Source: Actinomycetes bacterium (lineage in GTDB: Bacteria > Actinomycetota > Acidimicrobiia > Acidimicrobiales > JAKAOS01). From it: 56,807 bases of DNA. A model generated the notes under the pieces. The model was not told the DNA's origin, made no database searches, and worked only from the letters and a program-made list of their open reading frames with translations. The stretch lies in the NCBI GenBank assembly GCA_021791675.1, contig JAJYWE010000011.1, forward strand, positions 1 to 56,807. The letters are read 5' to 3'. Positions 1-8,284 of this stretch are shown here, one piece after another. The position numbers and the translations under genes are program-made. Numbering within the stretch: the first letter of the stretch is position 1; the number at the start of each line of letters is the position of its first letter.

Positions 1-384
1 GCGATCGGCCTTGCCGTCGACCCGGCAACCGGTGGCTACTGGATCCTCAAGTCGAACGGGGGCGTGGACAACTTCGACGCCCCCTGGTACGGCTCGATCG
101 CGGGCGCGAGCGGTGCCCGGACGATCGTCGCGAGCGGATCCGGCTACCTCGTCCTCACGTCCAACGGGGGCGTCCACAACTTCCACGCCCCCTGGCACGG
201 CTCGGACGCAGGGAAGCTCGCCGCCGGCGTCACGGCGATCGGCCTTGCCGTCGACCCGGCAACCGGTGGCTACTGGATCCTCAAGTCGAACGGGGGCGTG
301 GACAACTTCGACGCCCCCTGGTACGGGTCCATCGCCGGGGCGAGCGGTTCCGAGGCGATCGCCACGGTACCGCCTCCTGCCTGA
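1..384 (+). CDS. C-terminal part of a cell-surface repeat protein (Acidimicrobiia-type GYW/GGV/AP.YGS repeats), 5' truncated by the window edge
   Basis: Frame 1 is open from base 1 to the stop at 384. Three copies of a GYWILKSNGGVDNFDAPWYGS-like unit; nt 1-92 are repeated at 235-326. Confidence 0.75.
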   Translation, partial: AIGLAVDPATGGYWILKSNGGVDNFDAPWYGSIAGASGARTIVASGSGYLVLTSNGGVHNFHAPWHGSDAGKLAAGVTAIGLAVDPATGGYWILKSNGGVDNFDAPWYGSIAGASGSEAIATVPPPA

Positions 385-715
385 ACGGGTCACCCCTTCG
401 CGCACGGCCCGCCCCACGACTTTGCAGGCGGCAGCCTGGTAGCGTCCGGCCGGAGGACCGGTAGCCGAACCCCAGGGCCGGTGCACGCGCCAGGGCCGGT
501 GTGCGGGTCAGGGCTCGGGTCCGAGTCGAGGCGGGTCCCCCGGGTCCGGGCCAGGACGGTGGTGCCCCTGGGTCTGGCGGTGCCCCCCGAGGCGGGGGGC
601 ACGGAGGCGGTCCGGCGGGAGGGCTGGCCGTGCTGGTGAGAGGGGGCTCGCCGGAGGACGTGGTCAGGTGGGCTGGACGGACGACCGGCGCAACGGGCCG
701 GGAAGGGAGCCACAG

Positions 716-1939
716 GTGACGAACGAGCCAGAGCTGTCGGAGCGCCTCCGCTCCGTCTACCGAGACCTCCACCGGCACCCGGAGCTCTCCTTCGCCGAGC
801 ACCGGACGGCGGGGATCGTCGCTGCGTGGCTCCGGGAGCTCGGGCTCGAGGTCCTCGAGGGGATCGCCGGGACCGGGGTCGTCGGGGTGCTCCGCAACGG
901 TGCAGGACCGACGGTGCTCCTCCGGGCCGACATGGACGCGTTGCCCGTGGCGGAGGGGACCGGCCTCGACTACGCGAGCGAGGTCGAGGGTGTCATGCAC
1001 GCCTGCGGTCACGACCTGCACGTCACCTGCCTGCTCGGAGCGGTCACCAAGCTGGCGACGGGCCGGGGGGCGTGGTCGGGGACGCTCCTGGCCGTCTTCC
1101 AGCCCGCGGAGGAGCTGGTGCGAGGCGCGAAGTCGATGGTCGCAGACGGCCTGTACGAGCGCGCCGGGCGCCCGGACGTGGTGCTCGGCCAGCACGTCGC
1201 ACCCCTCCCAGCCGGGGCGATCGGGCTGCGGCCCGGCCCGGCGTTCGCCGCGTCGGACGCGGTCCGCATCACGCTCCACGGTGCGGGGGGCCACGGCTCG
1301 CGGCCGGAGGCGACGGTCGACCCGGTCGTCATGGCCGCGGCGACCGTGCTGCGGTTGCAGGGCATCGTCTCGCGGGAGCTGCCTGCGAGCGAGACCGCAG
1401 TCGTCACGGTCGGCTCGCTCCAGGCGGGGACGAAGAACAACATCATCCCCGACGACGCGACCCTCCAGCTCTCTGTGCGGACCTACAACGAGGCGGTCCG
1501 CACGAAGGTGCTCGCGGCGATCGACCGGATCGCGAGAGCCGAGGCCATGGCATCGGGCGCCACGAAGGAGCCCGAATTCGAGCTCGTCGAGTCGACGCCT
1601 GCGGTGCTGAACGACGCCGACGCCGTCGAGCGGACCCGCGGGGCGCTCGAGAGCGTCGTCGCTCCGGGGGCGGTCGTCGACCCCGGTCCGGCGACCGGGA
1701 GTGAGGACGTCGGGGTGCTCGCGAGCTCCGCCGGTGTGCCCATCGTCTTCTGGCTGCTCGGTGGTGCCGATCCTGGGCTGTTCGCCGGGGCGACGAGCGT
1801 CGAGGACGTCGCCCGGATCGTCGGGGGCCTGCCGTCGAACCACTCCCCCCGGTACGCGCCCGTCGAGGAGCCGACGATCACGATCGGGGTGAACGCGCTC
1901 GTGGCCGCGGCTCGGGCGTGGCTCGGGGCGCCGGCGTAG
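716..1939 (+). CDS. M20D family amidohydrolase (hippurate hydrolase-like)
   Basis: LHRHPELSFAEHRT, LLRADMDALP, MHACGHD, FQPAEE, GGHGSRP, SED, NHSP motifs; GTG start at 716 after a GGGAG RBS. Confidence 0.92.
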   Translation: MTNEPELSERLRSVYRDLHRHPELSFAEHRTAGIVAAWLRELGLEVLEGIAGTGVVGVLRNGAGPTVLLRADMDALPVAEGTGLDYASEVEGVMHACGHDLHVTCLLGAVTKLATGRGAWSGTLLAVFQPAEELVRGAKSMVADGLYERAGRPDVVLGQHVAPLPAGAIGLRPGPAFAASDAVRITLHGAGGHGSRPEATVDPVVMAAATVLRLQGIVSRELPASETAVVTVGSLQAGTKNNIIPDDATLQLSVRTYNEAVRTKVLAAIDRIARAEAMASGATKEPEFELVESTPAVLNDADAVERTRGALESVVAPGAVVDPGPATGSEDVGVLASSAGVPIVFWLLGGADPGLFAGATSVEDVARIVGGLPSNHSPRYAPVEEPTITIGVNALVAAARAWLGAPA

Positions 1940-2070
1940 GAGTCGCGGCCCCCTCCCTGGCCGAGCAGCCGCGGATCGGTTCCGCGCCCTCCGCTCGGCG
2001 ACGCAGTCCCGGAGCCGTTCGCAGGGTCCGCAGGGCGGCTTGCTCACGGAAGGCGCTCGCGGGAGCGCGC

Positions 2071-3369
2071 TCAGGTTGACGACGTGAGCTCGTCCGCGAG
2101 CTCGAGCCCCTGGTGCAGCGCGTCGAAGATCAGGTCGAGCTCCGCATCCGAGACGATGAGGGGTGGGGCGACGAAGAGCGAGGTCTGCTCTCCGCTCGTC
2201 GCGATGAGCGCCCCAGCCATGAGGGCGCGCGCGGCAACCTGCGTCGCGATCGGGTTGGCCTCCCCGCCCTGCCAGGTCCGCCAATCGGGGCCAGACAGCT
2301 CGACCGTCCAGTGCAGGCCACGCCCGTCGATCCGGGCGACCGAGGGGTGGCGGCGGGCGACCTCGTGCATGCGGGTGAGCATGGCGGCGTCCAGGTCCTT
2401 GGCGCGGAGGTAGAGCTTGCTCGCGCTCGATGTCGCAAGGTGTGCTCGGACGGCGGCCATGGCCACGGGATGCGCGCGGTAGGTGGAGTAGCTCTGCCAG
2501 CTCGACCCGGCCAGGCGGTCGAGGACGCGGGTGGAGAGCACCACCGCTCCCGCAGCCGCGCCCCCGGCGCTCATGCACTTGCCGAGGGTGACGAGGTCGG
2601 GCCGCGCCGTTCCCTGCTGGAACTGGAACCAACCCCCGACTCGTCCGAACCCCGTGACCGTCTCGTCCGCAATCCAGTACGCGCCGGCCTCCGCGGCGAG
2701 AGTGGCGACCCGGTCCTGGTAGGCGGGCGAGTGGTAGACGCCCCCCTGGCTGTAGTCGAGGATGACGGCTGCGCTCTCTGCGAGCGCCTTCCGGGCGTCG
2801 ACCAACCACTCGTTGCCCGCCGTCGGGTCCGCGTGGCCGGTGACGCGGGCGCTCGTCGGCGCGGGCAACTCGTGGACGGTTGCGAGGCGTGGCGTAGGCG
2901 CGACACCGGAGGCCGAGGAGAGGCCCCCGTGCCACTGCGGTTGTACCGTCACCTCGCGAGCGAGCCCGGCTCCGCCGTGATACGCGCGCTCGCGGGTGAC
3001 GAGCGGGGCGCGCCCGGTGAGCGCCTGGCACAGCGCGAGCGCAGCGTCGTTCGCCTCGCTCGCGCTCACGAAGAAGCGGACGGCTCCCACCCAGTCCTCC
3101 CCCTCGAAGGCGATCCCGGCGAGGTCGTCTGCGGCCAGCTCACGCTCACGCCACCCCCATCCCTCGTTCACCACCGGTGCGGTGGCAGCCCGGCGGATGG
3201 CCTCGACGATCGCCGGGTGCCCGTGGCCGAGGGGGGCAGCGGTGTTGGACGCGTCCACCACGCGCTGGCCGCTCGCCAGCTCGAACCACACCCCGTCTCC
3301 ACCCACGACCTCGGGGACGTCGTTCCCCGCCGTGAGGCTCGTGGACAGCAGGCGCGCAGCCCCGCTCAT
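2071..3369 (-). CDS. Class III PLP-dependent aminotransferase
   Basis: LGHGHP, SASEAND, AYHG, IADETVTGFGRVG, PDLVTLGK (PLP lysine), APPLIV. Confidence 0.9.
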   Translation of the reverse strand: MSGAARLLSTSLTAGNDVPEVVGGDGVWFELASGQRVVDASNTAAPLGHGHPAIVEAIRRAATAPVVNEGWGWRERELAADDLAGIAFEGEDWVGAVRFFVSASEANDAALALCQALTGRAPLVTRERAYHGGAGLAREVTVQPQWHGGLSSASGVAPTPRLATVHELPAPTSARVTGHADPTAGNEWLVDARKALAESAAVILDYSQGGVYHSPAYQDRVATLAAEAGAYWIADETVTGFGRVGGWFQFQQGTARPDLVTLGKCMSAGGAAAGAVVLSTRVLDRLAGSSWQSYSTYRAHPVAMAAVRAHLATSSASKLYLRAKDLDAAMLTRMHEVARRHPSVARIDGRGLHWTVELSGPDWRTWQGGEANPIATQVAARALMAGALIATSGEQTSLFVAPPLIVSDAELDLIFDALHQGLELADELTSST

Positions 3370-3554
3370 CCGAGCGCCCTCCCACCGATCCCCCAGCGTT
3401 CGGCCGGGACACCCTCGAGGACGACCCAGATGTCACCACGAGCCTCCTCGCCGAAGACCTGACATGCCGCGTCCGTGAGCGCCGCGATCAGCCGCTCTCG
3501 ATCCTCGGGGTCTGCGAAACGTCGCTCCGTCGCCTTCACCTCGATGTAGGGCAC
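3366..3554 (-). CDS. 4-oxalocrotonate tautomerase family protein (62 aa)
   Basis: GTG start gives (M)PYIEVK with a catalytic Pro-1; LIAALTDA and WVVLEGVPAERWGIGG signature; GGAGGAGGAAGG RBS; 4-nt overlap with the aminotransferase. Confidence 0.88.
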   Translation of the reverse strand: MPYIEVKATERRFADPEDRERLIAALTDAACQVFGEEARGDIWVVLEGVPAERWGIGGRALG

Positions 3555-3666
3555 GCCGCCTTCCTCCTCCTGGGGACCCTCGCCGATGCGCCAGCCGCAT
3601 CTCCGTGAGCCCTCGCTCCTGGCCGTTCGCTCCGCCGCCGCTCGCCCGACGGTCCCTCCCGGTCTC

Positions 3667-4464
3667 TCAGACGTCCCACCCGGCGTCGACCGGGATGTCG
3701 TGACCGGTGATGTTGCGCGCAGCCGGTGAGACGAGGAAGCGCACCGCCTCGGCCACGTCGATCTCGTCCACGAAGCGACCGAGCGCGGTCTGGGCTGCGA
3801 AGTCGGCGTAGACGGCCGTCGGGTCCTTGCCGAGCTTGCGGGCCTTCTCGGCCACGATGCGATCCATGCGCGCCCCGTTGGTGACATTCGGGCAGACGTC
3901 GTTCACGGTGATGTCGTAGGGCCCGAGCTCGAGGGCGAGCGTGCGCGTCAGCCCCCGCACTGCCCACTTCGACGCCGAGTAGCCACTCCGGTTGCGATAG
4001 CCACGAAGGCCGGAGGTGCCCGCGAGGTTGACGATCCGGCCGCCTCCCCGCCGGATGAGGTGGGGGATCGCGTGCTTGCACGGGAGGAAGGTGCCGACCA
4101 CGTTCAGCTCTAGGATCTCCCGGAGCGCCTCGACGGGGTACTCGGCCGCGGGGGTCTCGATCGGCCCGGTCCCGCCCGCAGTGTTGACGAGGATGTCGAG
4201 GGCGCCGAAGCGTGCGACGACCGACTGCGTCATCGCGGCCACTGCGGCCTCGTCGGTCACGTCACAGGCGATACCGATCGTGTCGCGGCCCGGGAACTTC
4301 TCGTCGAGCGACGCGGCTGCCGCCTCGACCGCCGATCGATCCCGGCCGACGAGGGCGAGGTGGGCGCCATCCTCCGCGAGGCAGGTCGCGACGGCGGCGC
4401 CGATGCCCTTTGCTCCGCCGGTCACGATGGCGACGCGTCCGGCCAGGGGGGTCTCCTTGGTCAA
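3667..4464 (-). CDS. Short-chain dehydrogenase/reductase
   Basis: TGGAKGIG Rossmann motif, NTAG, YSASK catalytic motif, ITGHDIPVDAG. Confidence 0.93.
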   Translation of the reverse strand: MTKETPLAGRVAIVTGGAKGIGAAVATCLAEDGAHLALVGRDRSAVEAAAASLDEKFPGRDTIGIACDVTDEAAVAAMTQSVVARFGALDILVNTAGGTGPIETPAAEYPVEALREILELNVVGTFLPCKHAIPHLIRRGGGRIVNLAGTSGLRGYRNRSGYSASKWAVRGLTRTLALELGPYDITVNDVCPNVTNGARMDRIVAEKARKLGKDPTAVYADFAAQTALGRFVDEIDVAEAVRFLVSPAARNITGHDIPVDAGWDV

Positions 4465-5306
4465 CCGAAGCTCCTTTCCGGAACAGCGACGATCGAGATG
4501 TGCTCGGTGGCGATCTCCGGTGTCCGCAGCCCGATGGCCGCGGCGACGGACCGGGCTGCCTCGTGGACGAGGAGGAGGTCACGTCGGACTCGACCGGCGG
4601 AGAGCCGGGGGCTCGGTCCTGCGATCCCGACGGCGCAAGCGATGCCGACCGGGGAGAGGACGGGCACCGCCACCCCCCACACCCCGATGTTCGTCTCCTC
4701 GAAGCTGCTCGCCCATCCCTGGGCCCGGATCGAGGCGAGCTCGTGGCGGAGGAGCTCTTCGTCCGTGATCGTCGCGTGGCAGAGCGACTCGAGCGATCCA
4801 CTGGCGACCCGGTCGATCTCGTCGGCCTGCATGTACGCGAGCAGCACCTTCTGCGATGCCCCCGCGTGCAGGGGGAGCTGGCGTCCCGGTTGGACAGAGA
4901 GCCGGAGCGGCTGCGAGGTCTCGACGCGCTCGAGGCACACGCCGCGGGTCCGGTCCGGGGAGACGACGGTGAGCAGTGCGGTCTCGCCGGTGGACTCGGC
5001 GAGGCGTCGGAGGATGTCCCGTGCCACCGCCGCCAGATCCGAGGCGGCCTGGGCCCGCTCGGCGAGGCGGATGGCCGCGGAGCCGAGGCGGAACCGGCGG
5101 GTCGCGGCGTCCTGACGGGTGTAGCCCATCCGGCTGAGCGCGACGAGTATCCGATGCGTCGTCGGCACGGGCAGCGACAGCTCGCGTGCGATCTCGGTTG
5201 CGCGCCACTCCGGGCGCTCCGCGGAGAAGACCTCGAGGATCGCGAAGGCGCGCTCCAAGATCTGGAGGTTGACTGGCCGTGCGACGACCGGCACGGCCCT
5301 GTGCAT
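4461..5306 (-). CDS. IclR family transcriptional regulator
   Basis: LERAFAILEVFS...TTHRILVAL HTH, TGETALL, LPLHAGASQK, GVAVPV; ATG at 5306 with RBS. Confidence 0.92.
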   Translation of the reverse strand: MHRAVPVVARPVNLQILERAFAILEVFSAERPEWRATEIARELSLPVPTTHRILVALSRMGYTRQDAATRRFRLGSAAIRLAERAQAASDLAAVARDILRRLAESTGETALLTVVSPDRTRGVCLERVETSQPLRLSVQPGRQLPLHAGASQKVLLAYMQADEIDRVASGSLESLCHATITDEELLRHELASIRAQGWASSFEETNIGVWGVAVPVLSPVGIACAVGIAGPSPRLSAGRVRRDLLLVHEAARSVAAAIGLRTPEIATEHISIVAVPERSFG

Positions 5307-5542
5307 GCCTCTCCCTGAGCCGACGTCGCTCACCCGGACCCTCCTTGACGGCGCCAGCGCTGTACTCTAGCATGCGCTCTCGAGTCAAGAGAACCTCTTT
5401 CACCTTGCAAGATAGCGTTTGGCGGCTCCCCGGGATCAGAGCCCTGCTCGACGGTGGAGCCCCACTCCTCGAGCCCGACCCATCGGACCGGCCACGGGGT
5501 CGAGGAGGAGCCGGGCAAGGAGACGGAAAGGACAGGTGAAGC

Positions 5543-6493
5543 ATGGAACGCCCCGACCTCGAGCTCCTGAAGGGGGCCATCGACACCCATGCGCACACCG
5601 CGCCCGCGCTGTTCCGCCGCCACATCGACGACGCTGCCCTTGCGGAGGCCGCAAGCGCGGCCGGGATGCGCGGCTTCGTGCTGAAGGACCACGACTCCTC
5701 GACCACGGGTCGGGCCTACCACGTCAACCGCATGCACCCGGAGGTGGAGTCCATCGGATCGATCGTGCTGAACCGGTCGGTCGGCGGGCTCAACCCCTAC
5801 GTCGCTGAGTCTGCGATCCACTACGGCGCGCGCGTCGTGTGGATGCCGTCCAACCACTCCAAGCACCACGCCGAGTTCTTCGACCGGCCCGACTATCCGC
5901 AGTTCGGCAGAACCCACCGGCAGCTGCCGGGGCCCGGGGTGACGGTCTTCGAGGAGGACGGCAAGACGCTCAAGAAGGAGGCCGTGACGATCTGCGAGAT
6001 CGTCGCCGAGCACGACGTCGCGCTCGCGACCGGTCACCTCTCGCTCCCCGAGATCCGGGCGCTGCTCGACGCCGCGACCGCGGCCGGGGTAACCCGGTTC
6101 ATCGTCACCCACGCAAACTGGTCGCTCTGCAAGCTCGATCTCGAGGTCCAGCGCGAGCTGATCGCGAAGGGGGCCGTGCTCGAGTACGTGGCATCGTCCT
6201 GTGTGTCGCCGATCTTCTGGGAGCAGCAGCCCGAGGAGCTCGCGCGCTGGATCACGGAGCTCCGTGGAGAGCACCTGGTCCTCGGCTCCGACGTCGGGCA
6301 GTTCGCCGGGCCGCCTCACCCCGAGGGGCTTCGCATGCTCCTCGCCGCCCTCCTCGAGCTCGGTGTGCCCTACGAGTACCTGGAGAAGATGGCCAAGGAG
6401 ACCCCGGCGAAGGTGCTCGGGCTCGACCCCGATTGGCGGCCGGCACGCGCGTCGGTGCCCGCCCCGCCGCCTGCGTCATCGCCCGCGAGCTAG
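5543..6493 (+). CDS. DUF6282-like metal-dependent hydrolase (amidohydrolase/PHP-type barrel)
   Basis: IDTHAHTAP (HxH), LKDH, VLNRSVGGLNP, VWMP, LATGHL, VTHA, LGSDVGQ. Confidence 0.8.
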   Translation: MERPDLELLKGAIDTHAHTAPALFRRHIDDAALAEAASAAGMRGFVLKDHDSSTTGRAYHVNRMHPEVESIGSIVLNRSVGGLNPYVAESAIHYGARVVWMPSNHSKHHAEFFDRPDYPQFGRTHRQLPGPGVTVFEEDGKTLKKEAVTICEIVAEHDVALATGHLSLPEIRALLDAATAAGVTRFIVTHANWSLCKLDLEVQRELIAKGAVLEYVASSCVSPIFWEQQPEELARWITELRGEHLVLGSDVGQFAGPPHPEGLRMLLAALLELGVPYEYLEKMAKETPAKVLGLDPDWRPARASVPAPPPASSPAS

Positions 6494-6770
6494 TTCTCGC
6501 CGAGAGAGATTGCCTTGCGCCTGGCAAGATCGAATGGCATGGTGAGCACACGAGGTTTGCTGTGTCGCGACCGGTGGTGAACGGGCGGGGCCCCAGGGGC
6601 GCTACGTGGCGCGAGCGGACGCCGGACCGGCCCGGACGTAGGCGTGTCGAGGAGGCTCTCCCGGCCGTGGTTTCGTCTCGCCGGACCCAGTTCGGTCGTG
6701 CCCGTCCTGGCAGGCGACCGGTGGCTCGACGGCGCGCCTCCGTCGGGTGGAAGTCCGACCCGGAGGAACG

Positions 6771-7646
6771 ATGCTGACGAAACCCTTCGACTACCAGGCG
6801 GTCGGACACCTCGAGCAGGCGTGCGACCTCTTGCGTCACCACGGCGAGGCGGCGAAGGTGATCGCGGGCGGCCAGAGCCTGCTCCCCCTCGTGAACCTCG
6901 GTCTCGCCCAGCCGAGCGTCGTCGTCGACATCTCCAGGGCAAGTGGTCACCGTGGGGTCGAGGTCGCGGACGGCTCCGTTCGCCTCGGTGCGCTCCTGAC
7001 GCACGCTCGCCTCGCTGCCGACCCGTTTCTTGCGCAGGCGCAGCCGCTGGTCGGCGCGGCCGCAGCACGGATCGGCAACGCACGGGTCCGGGTCCGGGGC
7101 ACGCTCGGTGGCTCTCTCGCCCACAGCGATCCCGCGGCCGAGCTCCCGCTCGTCATGGTCGCCCTCGGTGCCACCTACGAGCTCGTCGACCCCAGCTCGA
7201 CCCGCGAGGTCAAGGCGGAGGAGTTCCACGCCGGCTTCCTCTCGACCGTGCTCGAGCCCGACGAGCTCGTTGCCTCGGCGGTGGTCCCGGCGCTCGGGCC
7301 GGGCTGGGGCTGGGGCTTCCAGGAGGTCTCCCGACGCGAGGGAGACTTTGCCCTCATCGCGATCGCAGCCGTGGTCCGGCTGGCCGGAGGACGGATCGCC
7401 GAGGCTCGCATCGCCGCCGGCGGCGTCGCCGACCGGCCGCTCCGCCTTGCCGAGATCGAGGTGGCAGTCGCCGGGCTCGAGCCAGCCGAGCTCGAGGACC
7501 GGCTCCGCTCGCTCCTCCCCCTCCCGCGCCTGGCGCCGCCCAGTGACACCAACGCCACCGGCACCCACCGGGCGCACCTCGCGGGCGTGCTCGTTCGCCG
7601 GGCGGTCGGTGAGGCGGCGGCGCGCGCGGAGGAGGCTCGGGCATGA
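6771..7646 (+). CDS. Molybdenum hydroxylase FAD-binding medium subunit (CoxM/XdhB-like)
   Basis: PFDY, IAGGQSLLP, RGTLGGSLAHSDPAAELP, RREGDFA; GGAGGA RBS. Confidence 0.92.
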   Translation: MLTKPFDYQAVGHLEQACDLLRHHGEAAKVIAGGQSLLPLVNLGLAQPSVVVDISRASGHRGVEVADGSVRLGALLTHARLAADPFLAQAQPLVGAAAARIGNARVRVRGTLGGSLAHSDPAAELPLVMVALGATYELVDPSSTREVKAEEFHAGFLSTVLEPDELVASAVVPALGPGWGWGFQEVSRREGDFALIAIAAVVRLAGGRIAEARIAAGGVADRPLRLAEIEVAVAGLEPAELEDRLRSLLPLPRLAPPSDTNATGTHRAHLAGVLVRRAVGEAAARAEEARA

Positions 7647-8284
7647 CCCCCACCCCGCTCCCGGAGCCGGCCACCGACCGTGTCCGCCCCGCCGACGACC
7701 ACCGGCCCGGCGCCGACGCGACGCCGTCACCGCCTCGGACCGGGAGCAACGAGGTCGTCCTCACCCTGACCGTCAACGGGGAGGCCGTCCGGCGGAGCTA
7801 CGCGACCCACGCCTCCCTCCTGGACTGGCTGCGAGAGGCGGCCGGCGTCACGGACCCGAAGCTCGGCTGCGGCGAGGGGGTCTGCGGTGCCTGCGCGGTG
7901 CTCGTCGACGGAGAGCCCGTTTCGAGCTGCATCGTCCTCGCTGTCCAGGTCGACGGGGCCACGGTGACGACGGCATCGGGTCTGGCGGGACCCGGTGGCG
8001 CGCTCGGCCTGCTCCAGCGACACTTCCACGAGCTCCACGCCGCGCAGTGCGGCTTCTGTACCCCCGGCATGCTGGTCACCGCCGCCGCGCTCGTCGCGAG
8101 CGGTCGTCGGCACTCCCGCGCGGAGATCCGCCACGCCCTCCACGGGAACCTCTGTCGCTGCACGGGCTACGGCCCGATCGTGGACGCGATCGAGGCGGCC
8201 GAGGCGGATCCCCTCCTCCGGCGGGTCGTCGAGGGCGGTGCGGTGGAGGTGGCGGCGATCGCTGGTGAGGGACGGCTCCCATGA
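7643..8284 (+). CDS. Molybdenum hydroxylase 2x[2Fe-2S] small subunit (CoxS-like)
   Basis: GCGEGVCGACAV...SC, QCGFCTPG and GNLCRCTGY cysteine motifs; ATGA overlaps with both neighbours. Confidence 0.95.
   Translation: MTPTPLPEPATDRVRPADDHRPGADATPSPPRTGSNEVVLTLTVNGEAVRRSYATHASLLDWLREAAGVTDPKLGCGEGVCGACAVLVDGEPVSSCIVLAVQVDGATVTTASGLAGPGGALGLLQRHFHELHAAQCGFCTPGMLVTAAALVASGRRHSRAEIRHALHGNLCRCTGYGPIVDAIEAAEADPLLRRVVEGGAVEVAAIAGEGRLP

Noticed and set aside
281-3031. Very long alternative-frame ORFs (e.g. 281-3031, 8167-10827, 15776-18052, 49789-52332)
   Set aside because: Arg/Pro/Gly-rich shadow frames of real high-GC3 genes, with no recognisable motifs.
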